A stretch of 63,362 nucleotides of DNA, counting the filler, from Reclinomonas americana ATCC 50394 (Eukaryota), in the NCBI GenBank assembly GCA_048213135.1. It is 7 parts of 3 records of this genome, joined end to end, with 100 filler letters (N's around TTAATTAATTAA, not from the genome) between each part and the next. Parts side by side here need not be neighbours in the genome. Positions count along the whole stretch, not along the records: positions 18,353 to 41,693 come from PS015360.1; positions 41,794 to 48,131 come from PS015360.1; positions 48,232 to 52,459 come from PS015360.1; 4 more parts are not named here. One strand, written 5' to 3'. The notes beneath the pieces are model-generated. The model ran no database searches. It saw only the letters and a list, made by a program, of their open reading frames with translations, and was not told the origin of the DNA. The position numbers were made by a program, and so were the translations under genes. Positions 38,501 to 49,386 of the stretch are shown here, one piece after another; position 1 is the first letter of the stretch; every line of letters starts with the position of its first letter.

Positions 38501-38962
38501 GGCGGTGCCCCTTCACCTCGACTCGGTGTGCCGTCGCCACGTGGTGGCGATGGTGTGGCCAGTGAGCTGAGTGACGACGAGCAGCAGCAGCGGTACGGCG
38601 AGTTGCTGGAGTCGGCCAATGGCCATGCCATGTTGGTGTACACCAAGGACGGTCGCACCGTTGGTCGATACGTGGGCCAAGTGCTGCGTGGCTCCAAGCA
38701 CGGCAGCGGTGAGCGGAAGAAAGGAACAGGAGGAGCATTCGGGGGCAAGTGAGAACTCACGAAGGTTGTGTCTCCATCCGTTGCAGGTGTCTTTATCGAC
38801 GCAAACAATGACTGCAAGGAGGGCGTGTGGGTTCAAGACGAATTGTGGAATGCGTGTTACCCAGAATCAGGTTTGTGGCGACAGGCGAGCGAAAGGGTTG
38901 CCAGCTGCTGCTCACAGTATCTCGATCGATCACAGAATGCCTGGTGCACATATGGAAGCTGA
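35129..38962 (+). CDS. MORN-repeat protein
   Basis: Many Y.G.W..G..HG.G repeats (YTGKLSKRGLFHGQGVYTWTDGSAYHGRFKQGKMFGYG..., YEGEWADD, YMGDWFGGVQEGYG) across more than 10 exons. Confidence 0.93.
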
Positions 38963-39026
38963 ACCCCATTGGTGTAGATCATTGAACGCGTCGTTTGTGT
39001 TTATTATGACACTGTGATCGCTGCTG

Positions 39027-39838
39027 CTACTGCACCACTCCACCCTCCTTGAACTCGGGCACCAAGAAGTCGCCGTGGCGATCGGCGAACGGCATGTAGA
39101 ACTTGATCTCGTTCTCATGATACCACTCGACCGCGCAGCCCATGGCCGCCCCGCTCTGCACCATTGCCTATGTGCACGCAAAGGCCGTGAGACAAGGTAC
39201 AACGCGCACGGAAGAGTGAGAAACCAATACCTTGTGCATCGCCGGGTACGCACGACGGACAGCCAGCAGAATCGAGGGCAGACCAAACAGGAAGCGCTTG
39301 CGGAAGGGGAACTGGGTGTGCACCGCCGGCACATCAGGCAAGTGGATGATGCGGTAGCCGTTGGCGTGGAGCTCTTGCAACACGGCGCTGTCGGCGAGTG
39401 CCTCCTCACTCATGCGGAGACCGACAGCGTAGCGGCAACGGTCAGGATCGTTGGTGGTCGGATCGTCGTAGTACACACCGAGGCATTCGGTGTTGCGCAA
39501 CAGAGGGCCGCACTTGTTGGCGACCTGTGCTGCGACGTGAGTGGTAGGAATGCAAGTGTGATTGATCGATCATGCATGCGTGCGTGCGTGCGCAACTCGA
39601 ACAGCGTCGGAGAACAGCACGTACGCCTTCTTGTAGTTGCCGATGGTGCTGGTGTAAGCCAGAGTGACGCCTGGGAACGTGCCAGAGTCGGCCTTGACGC
39701 TGGTGAACACGCCAAGCCAAGACAACACATTCACCACCACCAGCGCGACAAGAGTCTGTGCACATGTGTCATGAGAGACGTATTGGAGCGGCAAAGGAAG
39801 AGATGCAAGAGAGACGTAACGAGGATGATCAGCAGCAT
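39027..39838 (-). CDS. TEX264-like protein (N-terminal TM plus GyrI-like domain)
   Basis: Hydrophobic N-terminus MLLIILTLVALVVVNVLSWLG, LAYTSTIGNYKKA, LGVYYDDP...CRYAVG, VHTQFPF...AVRRAYPAM. Confidence 0.75.
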
Positions 39839-40792
39839 CTCTGCTCTCTGANNNNNNNNNNNNNNNNNNNNNNNNNNNNNNNNNNNNNNNNNNNNNNNNN
39901 NNNNNNNNNNNNNNNNNNNNNNNNNNNNNNNNNNNNNNNNNNNNNNNNNNNNNNNNNNNNNNNNNNNNNNNNNNNNNNNNNNNNNNNNNNNNNNNNNNNN
40001 NNNNNNNNNNNNNNNNNNNNNNNNNNNNNNNNNNNNNNNNNNNNNNNNNNNNNNNNNNNNNNNNNNNNNNNNNNNNNNNNNNNNNNNNNNNNNNNNNNNN
40101 NNNNNNNNNNNNNNNNNNNNNNNNNNNNNNNNNNNNNNNNNNNNNNNNNNNNNNNNNNNNNNNNNNNNNNNNNNNNNNNNNNNNNNNNNNNNNNNNNNNN
40201 NNNNNNNNNNNNNNNNNNNNNNNNNNNNNNNNNNNNNNNNNNNNNNNNNNNNNNNNNNNNNNNNNNNNNNNNNNNNNNNNNNNNNNNNNNNNNNNNNNNN
40301 NNNNNNNNNNNNNNNNNNNNNNNNNNNNNNNNNNNNNNNNNNNNNNNNNNNNNNNNNNNNNNNNNNNNNNNNNNNNNNNNNNNNNNNNNNNNNNNNNNNN
40401 NNNNNNNNNNNNNNNNNNNNNNNNNNNNNNNNNNNNNNNNNNNNNNNNNNNNNNNNNNNNNNNNNNNNNNNNNNNNNNNNNNNNNNNNNNNNNNNNNNNN
40501 NNNNNNNNNNNNNNNNNNNNNNNNNNNNNNNNNNNNNNNNNNNNNNNNNNNNNNNNNNNNNNNNNNNNNNNNNNNNNNNNNNNNNNNNNNNNNNNNNNNN
40601 NNNNNNNNNNNNNNNNNNNNNNNNNNNNNNNNNNNNNNNNNNNNNNNNNNNNNNNNNNNNNNNNNNNNNNNNNNNNNNNNNNNNNNNNNNNNNNNNNNNN
40701 NNNNNNNNNNNNNNNNNNNNNNNNNNNNNNNNNNNNNNNNNNNNNNNNNNNNNNNNNNNNNNNNNNNNNNNNNNNNNNNNNNNNNNNNNNNG

Positions 40793-41550
40793 GTATGCGT
40801 CAGTCCCGTCTGGTGACTTCACCCCGCACAAGCACACATGGACGATTCTCTCACCGCGTTGGCGATGACCACATGCACACGTGAAGCATACAGTTGCGTG
40901 CTTCACGGTGCTTGGTGTGGGCAGGTATGCGCGCACGGCTCCATGTGCACACCGCCCACCCGGAGGAGGGCAGAGTGCACCATCGGCCACTGGCGGGGAC
41001 GTGCTTGCAGTCCAGGAGAACTGCAAGCTGGGTACTTGGACAACACCTCCTCGCGTCAAAGCGTCAAACACACCGAATCAGATAGCCAGAGCGACAGAGA
41101 GGAGACAGAAGAGGTAGGAAACGAAAAAAAGAACAAATTTAAAAAAAGCTCCGCGGCACGTAGAATGGCACACAGCGCAGTTGAATCTACAGATCACGCA
41201 TGTAAAAAACAAAACGCCTGACCTGGTTCGGCGCCGGCCTTCAACACGGCCTCGCGATCGGCAGCTGGCGGTTGACAAAATGTGAGTGCTGGTGTTTGAT
41301 TCCATCTCTCGCATGCACTAACTGCAAGGGTGATATCCCACAATAGCGTGCAACGAGAGCCGAGCGGCCTTTTGCAAGGAGTGAGAAATGTGCGCGACAT
41401 GAACACATGCACATGTGCAAGAAGCGCGACGCGAGCCGACACAGGGAAAGGAAGAGATCGGGGAGCACTGACGGCCGGAAGAAGCCAACGGTGACTGTGC
41501 ACGCAACACAAAAGACACAACAGCACAACAAGGGTCCATCGCTGCAAGTG
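40793..41550 (-). CDS. Possible fragment of a secreted hypothetical protein between gaps
   Basis: Hydrophobic stretch WTLVVLLCLLCCVHS and exon-like segments flanked by GT/AG. No family recognised. Confidence 0.25.
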
Positions 41551-41608
41551 TATCTATTCGACTGTCACTCGCGATTGTACACACGACCGAGGGTGAAGGT
41601 GGACACAG

Positions 41609-41693
<85 letters not shown>

Positions 41694-41793
41694 NNNNNNN
41701 NNNNNNNNNNNNNNNNNNNNNNNNNNNNNNNNNNNNNTTAATTAATTAANNNNNNNNNNNNNNNNNNNNNNNNNNNNNNNNNNNNNNNNNNNN

Positions 41794-43627
41794 CGAGGTC
41801 TGTGTGCGCTCTTTTCATTCTGCCACTCTTTGCACTGCTAATATCGAGTGATCAAACAAAGGGCTCGGAGGACCAGCTGGCAGAGGAGGCGAGCGACGAG
41901 GCTCCGGTGGTGGCTGCGGGCAAGAGGCGCGTCGGAGTGCTGCTCGGAGGGCAAGTGCGACAAGTGGTTGTAGCGCTCGACGGGAGCGATATACACGAGG
42001 CAGTGGCACAGCTGGCTGATGTGTACGGCGTGGAGAGTGTATTGATCCCGGTCATGGAACTCGCCGTGCGGCAGCAGCTGGAGGAGAACGCACCAGAGGT
42101 GAGCAGCTCTTGTTTCCCTCCTCGGCCCACCCTGAGCCTCACTCGCTTCGGAACAGCCGGAGACGGTGAATGAGTTCTCGGGATTGCAGCGCACCGAGCT
42201 GCTTCGCAAAGGCTTCGTGCTGTTCGTTGACGTGGAGGGCGAGACCGACTATACCAATGAGAAGAAATGGTCGTACGCGGTGTCGGTGACGCCGGGACTC
42301 CCGTGGATGAATCTTCGCGTGCTCCAGCCAGGCGTGCACGTAGAACGACCGTCGTTTCAGTACCTTGGTGGTACGGCCAAGGTGCCGAGTGAACTCGAGA
42401 AGCTTGCCATGCTGGCCGTGACGAAGGAGCCGGAGGTTCGTGCTCGTCACACCTCGTGCATTCTCAAGCGTGCTCATTGCTGCTGCTCTCTCTCTCTCTC
42501 TGCCGATGCAGCGTTTTGCCGTCTTCTTCAAGGTGAGTATTTTGCGCGTCGTGATCGTGCGTCAGTGTGAGTATTCATGTGCTCCCTCCCTGCCTGAGCA
42601 GCCGCCGTTGCTGCCGAAGCGCACTCATTTCGTCGAGCCGCCGCCGATGCCGCTTCCGCCAATCGCGCGCTCGACGTATTTCGACGGCGAGGACACCAAG
42701 GCTGTGTTGCGCACAGCGGCGCACAATTCACGGCTGCGTCGGCGGTTCCCCATGCCGTGCCTCACCCACGATTTCTTTGCCACCGGTCGTGGCGAGCCGG
42801 CTGCCATTGCCGATCCGCGAGTGTGCGTTGTGTGTGACTCGGATTTTGTCGCCACTCACCCGCCGGCGGCCGCTGGACCGCACGTCACCATTGTGCTGGG
42901 TGTGTTCTCGAAGGATGACGGCATTGACGCGCGTGAGACCATTCGGCAGACGTGGATGCGCTACCCGAATGTGTACCATCCCACTCGCAATCCCACCGGC
43001 ACGGTGCAGGTGGTGTTTGTGCTGGGTCGCCCACGCACCCACATGCAGACGCTTCGCGAGCAGTTACACGAGGAGCATGCGACACACGGCGACCTGTTCT
43101 TCTTGGATATTCGTGAGAACATTTTCGCTGGCAAGATCCGCGACTGGATGCTGGCCGCTGGCCAGCACTACGCCGGCACAAGAGTGCGCTACGTCGCCAA
43201 GTGTGACTGGGACATTTATCTGCGACCGGTGGCGCTGGAGCGGGCACTCTCGCGCCTGCCGCGCAGCCGACTGCTGTGGGGGCCTGGGGCCGTCGGCGTG
43301 CGTGACAATGTCGTGTACGACTACCTGCTGGGCTGGACCATGGTCCTGTCGTGGGATCTGGTGGAGTGGATTCGCAATGCACCGCTCCCCAGCATCGACA
43401 TTATGGGCGTCGACGACTGCACGCTGCCGTGGTGGCTCGCCGCGGCCAATGTTCCTGTTCACTTTGTGCCGGATCTGCGCTTCCACGACTGGAGAGGAGC
43501 GCACAAGTCGCACTTTGTGGAGGACCTCAGTCCAGCCAGCATCTCCGTGCATCGCGTGACGCACCCGAAGCACGCCCAGCAGCTGCGCGATCAGTTTCGT
43601 GAGTGGGGCGACGAGCTGCTGCAATGA
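41794..43627 (+). CDS. GT31 family beta-1,3-glycosyltransferase (type II membrane protein, 5' end in gap)
   Basis: IVLGVFS...RETIRQTW, VVFVLG, LHEEHATHGDLFFLDIREN, RYVAKCDWDIYL (DxD), MVLSWDLV, DDCTL. Confidence 0.85.
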
Positions 43628-43662
43628 ATGCGTGGGTATGAGATGCGAAGGTCTTCGATCGC

Positions 43663-43743
43663 GGTGATATGGCCGAGTTGGTCTAAGGCGCTACGTTCAG
43701 GTCGTAGTCCGAAAGGGCGTGGGTTCGAATCCCACTGTCACCA
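43663..43743 (+). tRNA. tRNA-Leu: tRNA-Leu(CAG)
   Basis: Acceptor stem GGTGATA/TGTCACC with discriminator A, D-arm TGGCCGAGTTGGTCTAAGGC, anticodon arm CTACG-TTCAGGT-CGTAG, long variable arm, GGTTCGAATCC T-arm, followed by oligo-T. Confidence 0.97.
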
Positions 43744-43748
43744 CTGTA

Positions 43749-43763
43749 TTTTTTGTTTTTTTT
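43749..43763 (+). terminator. Pol III oligo-T terminator (mirror copy on - strand at ~43995-44009)
   Basis: A T6 run and a second longer T run, starting 6 nt downstream of the tRNA 3' end. Confidence 0.8.
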
Positions 43764-44014
43764 CTCCAAGCAAAAAACAAACACTGCAAAATGTGAGGCG
43801 AGCTCGAGGCACTGTCGGCGCTGCGTTCTCCTCGCCAGTCGCAACGCAGCCTCTCCGCGATAACCACAAAAGAAAAATAGTTGCAATCTAAAATCCATGG
43901 CCAGTCCTTTTTTCTTCCGCTCGAGGGTTCCTTCTCCTGGTTCCTCGCAGACACAAGTGCGCGTGGATAGCAACAAAAAAAAGAGCAAGCAGTGAAAAAA
44001 AGCAAAAAATACAG

Positions 44015-44095
44015 TGGTGACAGTGGGATTCGAACCCACGCCCTTTCGGACTACGACCTGAACGTAGCGCCTTAGACCAACTCGGCCATATCACC
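44015..44095 (-). tRNA. tRNA-Leu: tRNA-Leu(CAG), identical second copy
   Basis: Exact reverse complement of 43663-43743. Confidence 0.97.
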
Positions 44096-44207
44096 GTGTT
44101 ACCGACCTCCACAAAATGCTGGTACGGGGGCGATGAAACTACACCACCACGGGATTTCGTTGTGTGATCGACAGACGGAAAAACGATTAGATTGTGAACG
44201 ACAGTGA

Positions 44208-46165
44208 ATGAGGCGCTGCGTGTGGCTGCTACTGGTGGTGGTGTTGTTGTGCACAACTGCCAGCCACTGCTCACCCGGTGCGTTCCTTCTTGCATGCAGT
44301 GTGACACGCGCTTTGCCTCTCACAGACACACACACACACAGCCGCTGTCGACGATGCAGCAGCTGTCGTCTTCTTCAAAGACTACCTGCGCATCCGCACC
44401 GATCACCCGCACCCACAGTACGCACAGGCGGTCGACTTTCTCGACAAGCATGCACGTGCGTTCGGACTCGCCACTCATCGATTCGAGGTGTGCCTGACAC
44501 ACGCATTGCTCCCCTTTGTTGCCCCCTCCTTCTCACCCTGGTGGTGATGCGGGGGAAGCTGGTCCCCGGACGACCCTTTCTGTTGTGCACACTGGCCGGA
44601 ACCGATCCAACGCTCCCCTCCGTTCTCTTCCTGTCGCACACCGATGTGGTGCCTGTCGAGGCAGACAAGTGGACTCGTCCGCCCTTTGGCGCCGAAGAAG
44701 GTGTCGCATCGCTCGTGCTCGCCACCTTCTTTTTTCGTTGTGCTCACCTGGGACGCCAGATGCCAGCGGCGAGATTTATGCACGAGGCACGCAGGATATG
44801 AAGAGCACCGGCGCGCATCATTTGCTGGCGGCCGCGAGACTGCACGCGAGTGGGTTCGTGCCCCGGCGGAGCATCCACTTGCTGTTTGTGCCCGACGAGG
44901 AGATTGGCGGCTCACCTGGCAGTTGCGTCGACCTGGCCTGGCAATGATTGCAGACGCTCATTTTCTTCTTTTTCTCTCGGCGCAGGTTATGGTGTGAACG
45001 AGCTGGCGCAGGTACCTGCGTTCTGGAAGCAACTCAATGTGGGCTTGGTGATGGACGAGGGTCTTCCGTGCGACGACGACATTATTCCGCTGTCGTACGG
45101 CGAGCGTGCGCCGTGGGGTGCGTCACGATCTGCAAACTGGCACTGCTGCGTCTCTCTCACGCGCGCACAGTGATTCTCGCAACGGCCACGGGCGCGCCAG
45201 GCCACGGTAGCCGCTTCGTCCAAAACACGGCCATGCCCAAGATCTTCCGCTTCCTGCGCTCCGTGTTGCGTTTCCGCGACGAGCAGGAGGCACAACTCGG
45301 CACATTCTCCGCCGAACTCGGTCGCGATGTGTCCATTGGCGATGTGACCACAGTCAATGGTGTGTGCATGCTGCTCGATGTCTGCGTGTGTGCAAGGAAT
45401 GACTGTGTTCCGTTGTCGCGCGCAGTGTCGTACGTCAAGGTGCCACACGCCCTCCACTGCCGGACTGTACCGGTTGCCTGTCTCACTTCTTTCCCCACCT
45501 CTTCACACAGGGCGGCACCACGCAAGACTGGGAGACCTTCTCGTACAATGTCATTCCGGCGCAAGTCGAATGCGGTTCCGTGTTGTGCTTTCCTTTTTCT
45601 TGCTGTCATCGCCTCTTGACTGATCGTATTTGCATGCCTTGTTAGCACTGGACGTCCGTGTGTCGCCCAACATGCCGCACGACACGATGCTGGTCTGCAA
45701 TGTGCACGCACCTCTCTTCATCGTCGCCCTGTTTGTTAATCGTGGTGCATTCGCGTCGCAGGAGTTGTTGCAGCAGTGGGCCGACGACGCCGGCGTCACC
45801 GTATCGCCAATTGAATTGTTCACGCCCAACCCCAAGTCGCCCGTTAACACGCCGCTGTTCCGCGCACTGGAACAGACGCTGGTGGAGAGGTGCGTGCTGA
45901 ATCCACCCTCTCTCATCTCTCCTCTTGCTTGCTCATCGACGTTTCGTCGCACAGCAACGTCAAGTTCCGGCGCATGATATTCGCGGCGGCCTCCGACAGT
46001 CGCTTTCTGCGTGCCATCGGCTTGCCGGCGTACGGTTTCTCGTACTTGCCAAGCACCGAAAATCGAGAGCACGCGCACGACGAGCGGTTGAATCGACGTG
46101 TCTTCCTCGACGGGATTCCCGTCTTTGAGAGACTCATGCGCTCTCTCTCGAATGTGCATTCATGA
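44208..46165 (+). CDS. ACY1: Aminoacylase-1 (M20 peptidase) with N-terminal signal peptide
   Basis: FKDYLRIRTDHPHPQY, LSHTDVVP, IYARGTQDMK, FVPDEEIGG, MDEG, YGERAPW, GAPGHGSRF, ASDSRFLRAIGLPAYGFS, HAHDERL. Confidence 0.93.
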
Positions 46166-46324
46166 GAAGTAAATTACGAGGACACCAGAAATCATCGAGT
46201 TGCTTTCTTCGAGTGAGATTGCCATTCACTTTGCAGCCGTACAGGTGATCTCCACACATGGAGTCCGGGGCGGCATGCAATGCGAATCAAAACGACGGCG
46301 AACGGACAAGAGTGTGCCCATCGC

Positions 46325-48010
46325 TTACACCACCACGTTGGCGGCGAACGCCATCGACTCCTGCACACACCAATGGTTGAGCACAGCGACGCCAGCGAGC
46401 ATTAAGTGCAGGGAAAAAACACGCAACAATGCCGACAGTGCCGCCGTTCTGGTTCAGGCCGCGGTAGATGCGGAAGAAGCCCTTCTCACCCCAGCCAGTG
46501 CCCCACGAGTTCTTCACCTGCAGGACGCAAAGAAACAATAACAGCAATGAGGAGGGGCGCACATAGACCTGAGCCTCGCAGCGCAGCGCAGCAGGCACGT
46601 AACCTTCCAGAACGGAATGCCGTCGCTGGTTGTGCCGTAGCCGACGACCAGAACGGCGTGGTTGGTGACGACAAACGGGTTGTAGCCGGTCTGCACACAC
46701 ACACACACACACAATGCGAGTGAGCGTGGGAACATTCCGAAACACATCAGACTGCAGCGGTGCGCTCCCTCACCATGCCAGTGTGCTGGTACACACCCGA
46801 CTGTTTGTTCGCGACAAGAGGAAATAACAACGCAGGGGTCAGCACAGCGATTGGGGGAGACGACGACGACGACAACAAGGGCGGACCTTGTACGAGAAGA
46901 AGTCCTGCGAACACACAACAATTGAGCTCATGATGCAAACGGGGGGACAGCAACAAGGACGGGTACGCACCGACAACACCTCAAAGCCGACGGCAACCGG
47001 ACCATTGTTGACAAGCTCGGTCTGCACGATGGAGGGTTCGTCAGAGATCGCACAAGAACGCAGAGATGAGCTGCGACGGTGACTCACCATCATGCCTTCG
47101 ACGCTGCAAGCGCCTGTAGAGTGTAACCGCAATTGTGAGTGATACTTTGTGTTGTGAGCAACGAAGAGACGGGGGGAAACGCACCGTAGTAGCCACCAAC
47201 GTAGCCGTAGCCTGCACATCAAGATACACACACAGTGAGCACAGGGCCAAAAAAGCGTGCAAGTACGGAGAACAGAAAAATGAAACGAAGCTGGACACGT
47301 AGTAGCGCCTGCAATGCGAAGTAGTCAGCAAAACAGCAGTGAGAATCGACAGCACGGCTACATTGGAACGCACTTGGGGTTGGCGCAGCGCTTCGAGCAC
47401 GGAGCGTTCATGCCAAGGTACGGGAAGCAGGACTGTGCGGAAGAGTGACTGGGTCAGCGACAACGCTTTCTTCGACGACAAGGATTCGCAGATTGTGACG
47501 CACCTCCTCCACGGCACCAAAGTCTGTGGGTTGCGACGAGAGGAACTAGTGTGTGAGCGCATGGTAAACATGCTCACCAAATTGCGTCGTCACCACTTAC
47601 CGTGCGAGTACTTGCCGCCTGTGACACGGAAAAAAAACCATTTAGTGACCGAGAGCCAGGGAAAAACGGCACACGAAATCAATCGCTCACCAATCAGGTA
47701 CGAGAAACCACCTATTAACAAAGACGGCATCATCAAGGCAGACATATCAGCGCGTGCGTGTAGCAGGGGAGGAGGGAGTGAGGGAGGGCAGCGTCGACGC
47801 ACCATCGCAACCCTGCGAGTACTGCGAGCAGCTGACAATGTTCTGCGGGCTGAGGACGGGCTGCGCGGAGAGAACGTACAAAGTGAGTTCCTGCGGGGGG
47901 AAGGAGACCGATACTGGCGACAAACTTGCAAACCTGCTGCGCGTTGTTAGTCTTGATGCGGATGCGAGCCTCGAGCATGGCCATCGATGCGAACGAGTAG
48001 CAGCTGCAAA
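46325..48010 (-). CDS. CTSC: Cathepsin C (dipeptidyl peptidase I), mature-domain part (5' end in gap)
   Basis: [98 protein letters not shown]. Confidence 0.93.
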
Positions 48011-48231
48011 TGCACATAAGAGTGTGAATAGACAATCATCTCGGAGAAGAGGGAATGTAAAAAGCACCTGCCGCATTGCTATTGCCGGATGGGTGGGTTG
48101 GAAGAGAGAGGATACGTGAGCAACTACAGTANNNNNNNNNNNNNNNNNNNNNNNNNNNNNNNNNNNNNNNNNNNNTTAATTAATTAANNNNNNNNNNNNN
48201 NNNNNNNNNNNNNNNNNNNNNNNNNNNNNNN

Positions 48232-49325
48232 TCACACGATGAGTGACAAGGGAGGAAACAGGAAAAGAGGAGAGCCGGGGGGGGGGGGGAGGGGCGTGAC
48301 GAAACTGCTCGCTCAGAACCAGGTCGACCGCGAGCCGGTGCTGATGAACGGCTGGCTTCGGTCGCCGAAGTGGGCACATGAGTCGCCACACCCGAGGCCA
48401 CCAGCGCCGCCACGCTCTCTGGTGCAAGAATTCACAGTGAGGATTATGCGAACGGACATCCCTGTCATCTTCTTTCTCACTCTCTTTCCTCACCATCTCC
48501 GTTCAGCTTCCGATGCGAATCTGCACCGCCAGCAAATGTGAGACCGCAATGAAAGCGTAAGCGTGAGGGATGAGACACGACGGATCACGCACCGGTCGCT
48601 GCTTGTAGCTGCTGCGCGGCGGCATTCGAAGCTGCAGTCGAACAACAAATCAATGAAACATATGCAACGATTCAAATCATGACCCAGCATCACAGACGCA
48701 CCATTGGCACCGTGGCGAATCATGGACGACACCAGCGACGACCGAGAGAGAGCCGCCTTGGCTTGGTCGGGGGTCATCTGCAACTCCTGCATCACACCAC
48801 GTCGAGTCTCCTCCCGCCCTCCGAACAGCTGGCTGCTCACAATGGCGGCCGACGGTGGCGGTGCGAGCTTCGACTCGACCTTGTCTTGTACCCTCTGTTC
48901 CACGCGGCCCGCGACCGCACCCGAGCGCTTGCTTCCACTTGACAGTCCACGAAGCTTCGATGCCGTCGCCGCATCTGCGGATGCCGACGCACCGCGGGCG
49001 AGCATGCCGCTGACCAAGCTGGAATTCAACATGGCATGCGCCTCTGTGCGAGTTAACGTGCGTGTGAGATGGCGCCGACCACAAACACAAAAATCCCGCA
49101 CGCACCGGCGGGTGTGAATGTCAGATCGGCAAAGGTACCGTGGCCGTGCTCCTTTCGTGACTGCGCAGTCAGCTGCCGAGCAAAGAAATTTGGTTCTGGA
49201 GCACACAGCTGCTCTGTGGCCGACACTTTCTGCACGGCTTCCACACGCCCGCTAATGGCGCCTGCATCGGAAGCGAGAAAAGTAACAAGCGCCAGTGAGA
49301 TGGATGATTGGCAGAGTGCGTGCGT

Positions 49326-49386
<61 letters not shown>

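Noticed and set aside
43663..44095. CUG codon reassignment via tRNA(CAG)
   Set aside because: Discriminator A and the D-arm and variable arm are Leu-type, and CTG falls at conserved Leu positions (e.g. the bZIP zipper, NAC KLGLK).
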